From contig CAIPOI010000008.1 in the NCBI GenBank assembly GCA_903866625.1, positions 2,652-66,651 of the forward strand: DNA of 64,000 nt. Direction: 5' to 3'. Every line of letters starts with the position of its first letter. Position 1 is the first letter of the stretch. A program made the position numbers and the translations under genes. This DNA comes from an uncultured archaeon (lineage in GTDB: Archaea > Nanobdellota > Nanobdellia > Pacearchaeales > GW2011-AR1). Below the pieces are notes generated by a model. It saw nothing but the letters and a program-made list of their open reading frames with translations, was not told where the DNA came from and searched no databases. Below are positions 42,819 to 51,256 of the stretch, one piece after another.

Positions 42819-43685
42819 ATGGGTTTAAAAGAAGAGGGGAGTCTTAGATATTCAGGTTTAATACTAACTATGATCTTAGTTCTTGGTCTGCTTCTTTTAT
42901 TAATATTTTACTATATTTTTCTCTTAACGCGATTTGATATAGGAGATTATGTTCTTATTAAAGATACTAATCAAATAGGCAGAATTGATGGATTGTCTTT
43001 ATTTAAAGCAGGTTATCTAGAGAAATTATCTACCGGAGAATACATTAGTACGCCTTTTTGGAAAATTAGTTCTCTAAGTCAAATCCAGAATTATAATCTA
43101 ATCTATACTCAAGCAAAAATTGTGAATGTTTCTAAAGGATATACCTATGATCCTAACTTCAAAAAAGAGGATAGTTTTAATGATTATATTATTTCTCAGG
43201 ATGTTAATTTCTCTGGGAAGTATAATTTAATCTATTTAGGAATTTCTAATAATCTAAGTTATTTTAATAGTAATCTTGATTGCACACCAGATTTTTCTTG
43301 TAGTGATTGGGGCGAATGTCATGCAGAATACACTTTAAGAAATATTTTAAATAATGAATCTGTTCAGGGCATATCTTATAGATTTTGTCAGGATTCTAAG
43401 GGTTGCTTTCCAAATCTTATTGATTCCAAAGTTTGTGAAGATAAGGTAGTTATAACTACCCAAGTTAAAACTTGGTGTAATAAGGAGTATCTGGAGGTTA
43501 TTGATGGGTATGGCCGCGTCTTAGCAAGACTTAATAATAACGACCGCTCTAATTATATGGACATAAGCTTAAATGTGTTTGATAGAGGGTACTGTTATTA
43601 TTGCTTTGATGGAAAGAAAGATTTTGATGAGACTGGTAAAGATTGCGGAGGAAGTTGTTTTGCTTGTACCTCAAAAAAGAAGTAA
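42819..43685 (+). CDS. Membrane-anchored Cys-motif protein (TSP1-like C-x-x-W-x-x-C module; C-terminal D-C-G-G-x-C-x-x-C module)
   Basis: ATG 42819 is preferred over TTG 42804 because the TTTAAATA box at 42790 lies 29 nt upstream. CTPDFSCSDWGECHAEY...RFCQDSKGC...SKVC; CYYCFDGKKDFDETGKDCGGSCFAC. Confidence 0.65.
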   Translation: MGLKEEGSLRYSGLILTMILVLGLLLLLIFYYIFLLTRFDIGDYVLIKDTNQIGRIDGLSLFKAGYLEKLSTGEYISTPFWKISSLSQIQNYNLIYTQAKIVNVSKGYTYDPNFKKEDSFNDYIISQDVNFSGKYNLIYLGISNNLSYFNSNLDCTPDFSCSDWGECHAEYTLRNILNNESVQGISYRFCQDSKGCFPNLIDSKVCEDKVVITTQVKTWCNKEYLEVIDGYGRVLARLNNNDRSNYMDISLNVFDRGYCYYCFDGKKDFDETGKDCGGSCFACTSKKK

Positions 43686-43758
43686 GAAAATATAAAAATA
43701 AAGAATGAATAAATAAAATAACATCATAAAAGATAAAATTTAGCTAAACAAATAGATT

Positions 43759-44997
43759 ATGGAAAAAGATAAACTAACTAAGAAAGAAATTGATCCAAGT
43801 GTATTTATCAAGGCTGCTGAAGAGCTTTTAAGAGATACAGAGAATATTGGCTTGAAAGAAAAATCTCAAGAATCTTCTGATTCTAAACATTTTAAAGATT
43901 CTAAAAGAATAATTAAAAATCCCGGATTGCCAGAAATAAAGAAAGAGGTTGAAACTAAGGTTCATATTAAACCCATTAAGAAGAGTCAGGAGAATGAGCA
44001 GAAATTTGAAAAATTTAATGAGATAAGTGAAATAGAAAAACCTCGCATAACTGTGGAGGTAGATATTGCAAGAACTATTGAACCTGAACCCATAAAAAAG
44101 GAGTCTGGAGGTTATAAAGTGAATTTATCTGAACTTTTTCATAAGCATCTTCCTTTAAAAAAAGAAAAGGAAGAAAGAAAAGAAAATAGAACTGATGAAG
44201 CTGTAAAAGGACTGAGAATAATAAACCTCCCAGAAGTAATAGTTCACTCACCTAAATTTAAAATTTTAAAACCAAGTAAAAATCCTAAAGATGTTTTTAA
44301 GAATATTGAATCTGAGAGATTAATAAAAGAAATTCAGGATTATAAAAAATCAAAAGATATACCTATAGAAAAACCTGTTTTTAAGAATCCTATTAAACCC
44401 TCTCTAAAGAAAAAATCTTCTCTTCTTCCGGAAGTTGACTTTGGAGATATAAAAGAAGATTTTAAGATTGATAATCTGGATTATTTTTCAAAATCTGAAG
44501 ATTTGGGAAGCGCCGAACAACAAAAAATTTTAGAGCAACCTTCAATATCCTTAACAGATTCAGAGATTAGTTATGATTCTCAAGTTGAGGCTGAAAAGAT
44601 TGGCCAAGTAATTGAAGCAGAATCTATTGGTCAGTTTATAGATGCTAAGGCAATTGGTAAAGAAAGAGAGATACAAAAAAATGCTTCTAGTTTAATAGAA
44701 GAATATAGATTTGAAGAAAAATCAAAATCAAAGCCGCAAAGATTTGAGAATGTTAAAAAAACTCAAAGAGTAACTGGTAGAAATTATATCGAAAAACAGA
44801 AATTTAAAGCATTGATTTTCAATCTTGGAGAGATACAAAATATTATAATTAAAAATAAAAAATCTTTTGAAGAAATCTTAGATTTAGATAAAAATTTAGA
44901 AGATAAAAACATTAAAAAAATTGATTTTTCCAACGATAAAATGCTAAAAAATGTATCATCTTTAAAACAAGATTTTTTAGCTGAAATTAAAATTTGA
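43759..44997 (+). CDS. Hypothetical Lys/Glu-rich protein
   Basis: 412-aa ORF, highly charged, with no TM helix and no recognised motif. Confidence 0.5.
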   Translation: MEKDKLTKKEIDPSVFIKAAEELLRDTENIGLKEKSQESSDSKHFKDSKRIIKNPGLPEIKKEVETKVHIKPIKKSQENEQKFEKFNEISEIEKPRITVEVDIARTIEPEPIKKESGGYKVNLSELFHKHLPLKKEKEERKENRTDEAVKGLRIINLPEVIVHSPKFKILKPSKNPKDVFKNIESERLIKEIQDYKKSKDIPIEKPVFKNPIKPSLKKKSSLLPEVDFGDIKEDFKIDNLDYFSKSEDLGSAEQQKILEQPSISLTDSEISYDSQVEAEKIGQVIEAESIGQFIDAKAIGKEREIQKNASSLIEEYRFEEKSKSKPQRFENVKKTQRVTGRNYIEKQKFKALIFNLGEIQNIIIKNKKSFEEILDLDKNLEDKNIKKIDFSNDKMLKNVSSLKQDFLAEIKI

Positions 44998-45118
44998 TTT
45001 TGTGAAATATCTTATTTTAGGCTCTAAAATGCCTAAAAAATAGGAGAAACCTTTTTAAATGGCTCTTGCTTCTCCAAGCTGAAAAGAGCAATTTTTCATA
45101 AATTCTCTTCTAATTATT

Positions 45119-47011
45119 ATGGCAGAACAAAAGAAAGAATATACAGCAGAAAGCATCAAAATCCTTGAGGGTTTGGAAGGTGTAAGAAGAAGGCCTGCAA
45201 TGTACATTGGAGGTACTGGTAAGGATGGTTTGCATCATTTGGTCTATGAAATTGTAGATAATTCTGTTGATGAATCCATGGCAGGATATTGTAAGACTAT
45301 TAATATTCAGATTGGTAAGGATGGTAGCTGTACGGTTATTGATGATGGTAGGGGTATTCCTGTTGATGTAAACAAACAGTATAAGAAAACTGGAGTAGAA
45401 ATTGCTTTCACCAAGCTTCATGCTGGTGGAAAGTTTGATAAAGATACCTATAAGATTTCTGGAGGTTTGCATGGAGTTGGGGCTTCAGTAGTAAATGCAC
45501 TTTCCACTAAATTAACTGTTCAAGTTAGAAAATCTGGAAAAATTTATGAGCAGTCTTATAAAAGAGGAAATCCTACTGGAGATCTCGAAGTTGTTGGAAA
45601 ATGCAAGGATGATGAACATGGAACTTCTGTTTCTTTTTTACCCGATCCAGAAATCTTCTCAACAGTAGAATTTGATTTTGCATTTCTTAAAAAAAGATTG
45701 CAGGAGATTGCTTTCTTAAATGCTGGTTTGAAGATTATACTTGAAGATGTTAGAACTGGAAAGAAAGAAGAATTTTATTATGCTGGAGGTTTAATAGAGT
45801 TTATACAACACATTACTCATTCAAAATCTCCTCTGCATAAACCTATTTATTTTAAAAAACAACAGGAGACTACTGTTGTTGAAGTTGCAGTGCAGTATTC
45901 TGAGAGTTATAATGAAAATATTTTTGGTTTTGTTAATACGATTAATACTACTGAAGGTGGAACTCATATTTCTGGATTTAAATCTGCTTTAACTGGAGTT
46001 ATTAATGATTATGCAAAGAAAAAAGGCTTGCTAAAAGATGTAGATGTAGAAGGAGATGATACTCGTGAAGGAGTTAATGCTATTGTTAGCTTAAAATTAG
46101 CAGATCCTCAGTTCGAAGGTCAGACTAAAACCAAGCTGGGTAATTCTGAAATAAAAGGAGTTGTGGATTCTCTGACTACTACTGCACTTAGTGAATATTT
46201 TGAAGAAAATCCGAGCATTGCAAATAAGATTGTTCAAAAGGCAATTGCTGCTGCAAAGGCAAGAGATGCTGCTAAAAAAGCAAGGGATCTAGTTAGAAGA
46301 AAAAATGCTTTAGGATTTTCGGGTTTGCCTGGAAAACTTGCAGATTGTTCTTCTAAGAAGTTTGAGAAAACAGAGATGTATATTGTAGAGGGAGATTCTG
46401 CTGCAGGTTCGAGTAAGATGGCGAGAGATAAAGATTTCCAAGCAATTCTTCCTTTAAAGGGTAAAATTTTAAATGTAGAAAAGGCAAATCCTGTAAAAGC
46501 TTTATCCAGTGAAGAAGTTGCTAATTTAATTACTGCTGTTGGAACCGGAATAAAAGAAAATTTTGATCAATCTAAATTAAGATATAATAAAATAATAATT
46601 ATGTGCGATGCAGATGTAGATGGTCAGCATATTACCACTTTGCTTTTAACTTTCTTTTTTAGGTACACACCGCAATTAATTGAAAATGGAAATATTTACA
46701 TTGCTGTAGCTCCTTTATTTAGAATTAGAAAAGGAAAAGATCTTTATGTTTATACTGAAGAAGAAAAAGAAAAAAAAGTTAAAGAGCTTGGTGGAAAAGC
46801 AGATGTTCAAAGATTTAAAGGTCTTGGAGAGATGAATCCTCAACAGTTATGGGATACCACTATGAATCCAAAATCAAGAATTCTTAAGAGAGTTACTATT
46901 GAAGATGCGGTTGAAGCAGATAAAACTTTTTCAATGTTGATGGGTGATGAAGTCGGTCCGCGTAAGGAATTCATAACTAAAAATGCACATATTGCAGAGG
47001 TTGATTTATAA
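45119..47011 (+). CDS. gyrB: DNA gyrase subunit B
   Basis: LEGLEGVRRRPAMYIG, GLHHLVYEIVDNSVDE, GGLHGVGASVVNALS, EGDSAGGS-type (VEGDSAAGS), PLKGKILNVEKA, IMCDADVDGQHI, QRFKGLGEMNP. Confidence 0.95.
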   Translation: MAEQKKEYTAESIKILEGLEGVRRRPAMYIGGTGKDGLHHLVYEIVDNSVDESMAGYCKTINIQIGKDGSCTVIDDGRGIPVDVNKQYKKTGVEIAFTKLHAGGKFDKDTYKISGGLHGVGASVVNALSTKLTVQVRKSGKIYEQSYKRGNPTGDLEVVGKCKDDEHGTSVSFLPDPEIFSTVEFDFAFLKKRLQEIAFLNAGLKIILEDVRTGKKEEFYYAGGLIEFIQHITHSKSPLHKPIYFKKQQETTVVEVAVQYSESYNENIFGFVNTINTTEGGTHISGFKSALTGVINDYAKKKGLLKDVDVEGDDTREGVNAIVSLKLADPQFEGQTKTKLGNSEIKGVVDSLTTTALSEYFEENPSIANKIVQKAIAAAKARDAAKKARDLVRRKNALGFSGLPGKLADCSSKKFEKTEMYIVEGDSAAGSSKMARDKDFQAILPLKGKILNVEKANPVKALSSEEVANLITAVGTGIKENFDQSKLRYNKIIIMCDADVDGQHITTLLLTFFFRYTPQLIENGNIYIAVAPLFRIRKGKDLYVYTEEEKEKKVKELGGKADVQRFKGLGEMNPQQLWDTTMNPKSRILKRVTIEDAVEADKTFSMLMGDEVGPRKEFITKNAHIAEVDL

Positions 47012-47013
47012 AA

Positions 47014-47208
47014 ATGGACTTTGAAAAACAAAGAGGATTGATTAGAGCATTAAGATTATTTAAACAAGGATTAGATGTAAATGGAAATCCAGTTAATCTT
47101 TCATTAGTGGGTATTGAAGCTTCATTGCAGGGAGCAAATTATGTTACTTCTCAAGCAAGAGCTCAGAGTTCAACTAGTTGTCAAGATGTAAGATACAGGA
47201 GATATTAA
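47014..47208 (+). CDS. Hypothetical small protein between gyrB and gyrA
   Basis: 64-aa ORF starting 3 nt after the gyrB stop. No motif recognised. Confidence 0.4.
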   Translation: MDFEKQRGLIRALRLFKQGLDVNGNPVNLSLVGIEASLQGANYVTSQARAQSSTSCQDVRYRRY

Positions 47209-47209
47209 C

Positions 47210-47440
47210 ATGCCACAAATAAATGAAAATAAAATAAAGAAACTTGAAGAAAAAATGAAAATGGGTTGTGATGTTAATCATACCAAGTTCTGTCCTAAAT
47301 GTGGCAGCGAAGAGATCGGAATAGAAGCTGAGGATTTAACCACACATGATTTTTGTAGGTCTTGTGGATTTAATAGTCTTAAAAAAGATGTTGTTGAAAC
47401 ATTGCACTTTCCAACTAAACTTAAGGGGGCAAAAAAATAA
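47210..47440 (+). CDS. Small zinc-ribbon protein between gyrB and gyrA
   Basis: 76 aa with CPKCGSEE...CRSCGF (CxxC-x20-CxxC). Starts 2 nt after the previous stop and ends 3 nt before gyrA. Confidence 0.5.
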   Translation: MPQINENKIKKLEEKMKMGCDVNHTKFCPKCGSEEIGIEAEDLTTHDFCRSCGFNSLKKDVVETLHFPTKLKGAKK

Positions 47441-47442
47441 AA

Positions 47443-50034
47443 ATGACCGAAGAAGAAAAAAAGAAAAAGCTTCAAGAAGGGGAACAAGAAACATTAGAAA
47501 CTGGAAAGGAAGTTGAAGATAAGGATTATGAAGCAGATGTACTTGAAAAAGAAACAATTAATCTAAAAGATTTAGATGAACATAGAGTTTTGGGTGCAGA
47601 AATTTCTACTGAAATGAAGAGGAGTTATATTGACTACGCTATGTCGGTTATTGTTGCAAGAGCCTTGCCAAGTGCAGAAGATGGATTAAAACCGGTTCAT
47701 AGAAGAATTTTGTATGCTATGAAGTTGTTAGGTTTAGAAAAAGGTGCAACAAAGAAATGTGCGAGAATTGTTGGAGATACTATGGGTAAATTCCATCCTC
47801 ACGGAGATATGGCTATCTATGATGCTTTAGTTAGAATGGCTCAAGATTTTAGCCTTAGATATCCTTTAGTACATGGACAAGGAAACTTTGGTTCAGTTGA
47901 TGGAGATAATGCAGCTGCTTCGAGATATACTGAAGCTAAATTGGATAAGATGGCTGTAGCTTTACTTGAAGATATTGATAAAGAAACAGTTAAGTTTGTT
48001 CCTAACTTTGATAATTCTGCAGATGAACCTTTAATTTTGCCTGGAAAAATTCCAAATTTGATTATTAATGGTTCTTCGGGTATTGCGGTTGGTATGGCTA
48101 CAAATATGCCGCCCCATAATCTTATTGAAGTTTGCGATGCTATTTCTGCTTTAATCGATAATCCAAAGATAACTATTGAAGAACTTATGGAAATAGTTAA
48201 GGGCCCAGATTTTCCAACTGGCGGAGTTGTTGTAGCAGAAAATTTAAAGACTCTTTATGAAACCGGCAGAGGAAGTTTTGTTGTTAGAGGTAAAGTTACA
48301 ACTGAAGAAGAGGACAAAGGTAGAGAGAATATAATTATTACAGAAATTCCTTATCAGGTTAATAAATCCGAGTTAATTAAGTCAATAGCAGAGCTTGTTA
48401 GAGATAAAAAGCTTCCAGATATTTCTGATATTAGGGACGAATCTAGTAAAGGTAAGATAAGAGTAGTTATTGAATTGAAAAAAGGTGCAGATAGCAAGTT
48501 TACAATTAACAGATTATATAAATCTACAAGTTTACAGACGAAATTTGATGCTGTTATGATTGCTCTTGTTAATGGCGTTCCACAACTTTTAACCTTAAAA
48601 CAGATTATGCAGGTTTATGTTGACTACAGAAGAAAGATTATCAGAAATAAAACCAAGTTTGAACTTAAGGAAGCTGAAGAAAGAGAACATTTAGTTCAAG
48701 GATTTTTAATTGCTCTTAAAAATATTGAAGATATAATCGAATTAATTAAGAAAAGTAGAGAAGGCACAGCAGATAAGCTTATGGATAAGTTCAAGCTTTC
48801 TAAAAAGCAAGCAGAAGCAATTCTTGAGATGAAATTGCGCCAGTTGGGAGCACTTGAACATGAAAAACTTAAGAAAGAGGAAGAAGAACTTACAGCTAAG
48901 ATAAAAGAACTTAAGGAAATTCTTGGTGATGAGAAATTAATATTAAAATTGATTAAGAAAGATCTTTCTGAAATTAAGAAAGAGTATGGTGATGAAAGAA
49001 GAAGCAGAATGATTGCTGGAATAAAAGAATTGCAAGAGAAAGATTTAGTAAAGAAAGAAGATGTTATTGTTAGCATAACTGATAAGGGATATATTAAAAG
49101 AATGCCTTACAAAGCTTATCGTGAACAGAAAAGGGGCGGTAAGGGAGTAATTGGTGCAGATCTTTCGACAGGAGATTTTGTTAAGCAGGTTATATCTTGT
49201 TCAACTCATGACTATCTTTTATTATTTACTCAACGTGGAAGAGTATTCTGGCTTAAAGCTTATCAGGTTCCAGAAACACAACGATATGGGCGAGGTCAGG
49301 CAATAGTTAATCTTCTTAGTCTTAAAGATGATAATGTTTCATCGGTAATTCCTATTAAAGAATTTAAGAATGGTTTCTTATTTTTGGCAACAAAACTTGG
49401 AGTTGTAAAAAAGATGAAACTAGAAATGTTTGCAAACCCGAGAAATACCGGCGTAAGAGCGATAAATCTTCCTTTAGACAATACTGATTCATTAATTGAT
49501 GTATCTGTAATTGAAGTTGGACAAGAAGTTATGATGACAACCGCAGATGGACAAGCTATAAGATTTAACTCTGATGAAGTAAGAGATATGGGTCGAGCTT
49601 CTTATGGAGTTACTGGAATAAAACTGGAGAAAGGTGATGAGGTTGTAAGTCTTGTAGTTGTTAGCAAGGATGAAAAAGTAAAAAAAGAAGAAACAGTTTT
49701 AACGGTTACTAAAGATGGATATGGAAAGAGAAGTTTAATCGAAGATTATAGATTAACTGGAAGAGCTTGTAAGGGAGTTATAAATCTTAAGATAACTGGT
49801 AAAAATGGCAAGGTTATGAGAACTATTTCAGTAAATAATAGTGATTACATAATTGTTTCAACAGAAAAAGGTATAATGATTAAAACTCCTGTAAAAGACA
49901 TAAGAGTTATGGGCAGAGCTACTCAGGGAGTGAGAGTTATCAAGCTTAATGATTCTGATAAAGTAGCAGATGTTGCAAAACTTGAAAAGGATGACGAAGA
50001 AGAGGAAGTTCCTAAGGTCGAGGAAAAGAAATAA
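47443..50034 (+). CDS. gyrA: DNA gyrase subunit A
   Basis: [46 protein letters not shown], active-site [12 protein letters not shown]-terminal beta-pinwheel repeats ([37 protein letters not shown]). Confidence 0.95.
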   Translation: MTEEEKKKKLQEGEQETLETGKEVEDKDYEADVLEKETINLKDLDEHRVLGAEISTEMKRSYIDYAMSVIVARALPSAEDGLKPVHRRILYAMKLLGLEKGATKKCARIVGDTMGKFHPHGDMAIYDALVRMAQDFSLRYPLVHGQGNFGSVDGDNAAASRYTEAKLDKMAVALLEDIDKETVKFVPNFDNSADEPLILPGKIPNLIINGSSGIAVGMATNMPPHNLIEVCDAISALIDNPKITIEELMEIVKGPDFPTGGVVVAENLKTLYETGRGSFVVRGKVTTEEEDKGRENIIITEIPYQVNKSELIKSIAELVRDKKLPDISDIRDESSKGKIRVVIELKKGADSKFTINRLYKSTSLQTKFDAVMIALVNGVPQLLTLKQIMQVYVDYRRKIIRNKTKFELKEAEEREHLVQGFLIALKNIEDIIELIKKSREGTADKLMDKFKLSKKQAEAILEMKLRQLGALEHEKLKKEEEELTAKIKELKEILGDEKLILKLIKKDLSEIKKEYGDERRSRMIAGIKELQEKDLVKKEDVIVSITDKGYIKRMPYKAYREQKRGGKGVIGADLSTGDFVKQVISCSTHDYLLLFTQRGRVFWLKAYQVPETQRYGRGQAIVNLLSLKDDNVSSVIPIKEFKNGFLFLATKLGVVKKMKLEMFANPRNTGVRAINLPLDNTDSLIDVSVIEVGQEVMMTTADGQAIRFNSDEVRDMGRASYGVTGIKLEKGDEVVSLVVVSKDEKVKKEETVLTVTKDGYGKRSLIEDYRLTGRACKGVINLKITGKNGKVMRTISVNNSDYIIVSTEKGIMIKTPVKDIRVMGRATQGVRVIKLNDSDKVADVAKLEKDDEEEEVPKVEEKK

Positions 50035-50063
50035 TTTTTAAACTCGTTTTTACATATGATTTT

Positions 50064-50540
50064 ATGAGAAAAAAGAATCATGTGATATTTGGTTTTGTTT
50101 TAAGCTTTTTATTTATTTTGCTGTTTGGCTTCTTGAAATGGGACATTTTTTATTTTGATTTGAAGAATATTATTCTTATTTGTGGGATTATTGTTTTTTA
50201 TTCTCTTCTTGCAGATATAGATCATAGGGGTTCAACAATTGTCTGGTTCTTTTTAGGTCTTGGATTATTTGGTTTGCTTGTAGGAATTATGCTGCTTTTA
50301 TCTAATTATACTGAAATAAATGGAATTATTATAATACTATTATCTTTTGTATTATTAGTCTTAACTTTTGTTTTTCCTAGAGTTTTTAGTCATAGGGGGA
50401 TTATACATACAATCTGGGTTGGTTTTTTAGCAGTTATACCTCTTTGGATTGTTTTTCATAATTATGGTTATTGTGTTATAGCTTATGTTTCTTGGTATTC
50501 TCATCTACTTGGTGATGGTTTTATTTTTAAGATTAAATAG
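50064..50540 (+). CDS. Membrane-bound metal-dependent hydrolase, YdjM/DUF457 family
   Basis: Multi-TM protein with LLADIDHRGS, SHRGIIHT and SHLLGD His/Asp motifs. Confidence 0.7.
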   Translation: MRKKNHVIFGFVLSFLFILLFGFLKWDIFYFDLKNIILICGIIVFYSLLADIDHRGSTIVWFFLGLGLFGLLVGIMLLLSNYTEINGIIIILLSFVLLVLTFVFPRVFSHRGIIHTIWVGFLAVIPLWIVFHNYGYCVIAYVSWYSHLLGDGFIFKIK

Positions 50541-51078
50541 AATCCTTTATTGCTCTTGCGGAAAATTGTATTCCTATTGAATCAACTCGCTGTACTTTTA
50601 TATCTAAACCACTTTTTGGATTACCAAAAATATAACTTTTACCCGGTTCAACAATTTTCTTTAGGGTACAATCGCCTATTGTTACTGCAAGGATGTTATT
50701 AGTTTTTGGAGCAAGCCAGAAAGTATAAGCTTCATGTTTTTTTCCATCTTCGTGTGGAACTTCAAATTTAGCTTTTAATCCCTTTACAACAGAAACTTCA
50801 CCATTATTTGAATAAGAGGTATGGACCCATGTATTAGATTCTGAAACATAGGTTCGATATTCTATTTTTTTTGGAAATATTGGAATTCTCTCGGTTAATC
50901 CCAGTATTTTTAGTAATTTTGGCTCATTTAGCATTCTTCTAGATTCAGATAGTTGTGTCTTGCTTGTCATATATCCTGGAATTGTTTCTGCTTTATCTTC
51001 TGCTTTAGCTTCTAGATTTGAATATCCGAAGCTTAATGCTAGTAAGGTACTTGTGATTACAGTTTTTAGATAACTCAT
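50533..51078 (-). CDS. Hypothetical secreted protein
   Basis: 181 aa with an N-terminal signal-like helix VITSTLLALSFGYSNLEA. Confidence 0.5.
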   Translation of the reverse strand: MSYLKTVITSTLLALSFGYSNLEAKAEDKAETIPGYMTSKTQLSESRRMLNEPKLLKILGLTERIPIFPKKIEYRTYVSESNTWVHTSYSNNGEVSVVKGLKAKFEVPHEDGKKHEAYTFWLAPKTNNILAVTIGDCTLKKIVEPGKSYIFGNPKSGLDIKVQRVDSIGIQFSARAIKDSI

Positions 51079-51210
51079 AATTAGCTATGTTTTAGTGGCT
51101 TTTTAAACTTAATTCCTTGCATTTATGTAGTGTAAACTAAAATTTTGGTAGTGTAATTCCAGTTTTTTGGGTTTTTATCTTTCATTATTTTTTCCTCATT
51201 TCTAATAAGC

Positions 51211-51218
51211 TTTAAATA
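51211..51218 (+). promoter_or_regulatory. TATA-like box upstream of the second giant gene
   Basis: TTTAAATA. The 29-nt rule places transcription start near 51240, giving a ~17-nt leader to ATG 51257, or a leaderless TTG at 51239. Confidence 0.4.
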
Positions 51219-51256
51219 CCTAAAAAACCATATTTTTATTGAGTTACATTACGCTC

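Noticed and set aside
45110-49481. Antisense or alternate-frame ORFs across gyrB/gyrA (45110-45472, 46840-47031, 47278-47487, 47336-47557, 48696-49076, 49296-49481)
   Set aside because: They overlap unmistakable gyrase coding sequence or the tightly packed small ORFs. No independent support.
51239-51256. TTG start at 51239 for giant gene 2, and similar TTG/GTG-extended starts at 3261, 8190, 28391, 28650, 38074 and 42804
   Set aside because: ATG codons a few codons downstream fit the 29-nt TATA-to-ATG rule, or avoid overlap with the upstream gene. For giant 2, ATG 51257 also aligns with the MVFKKY N-terminus of giant 1. A leaderless TTG at 51239 is 28 nt from the box, so it cannot be fully excluded.
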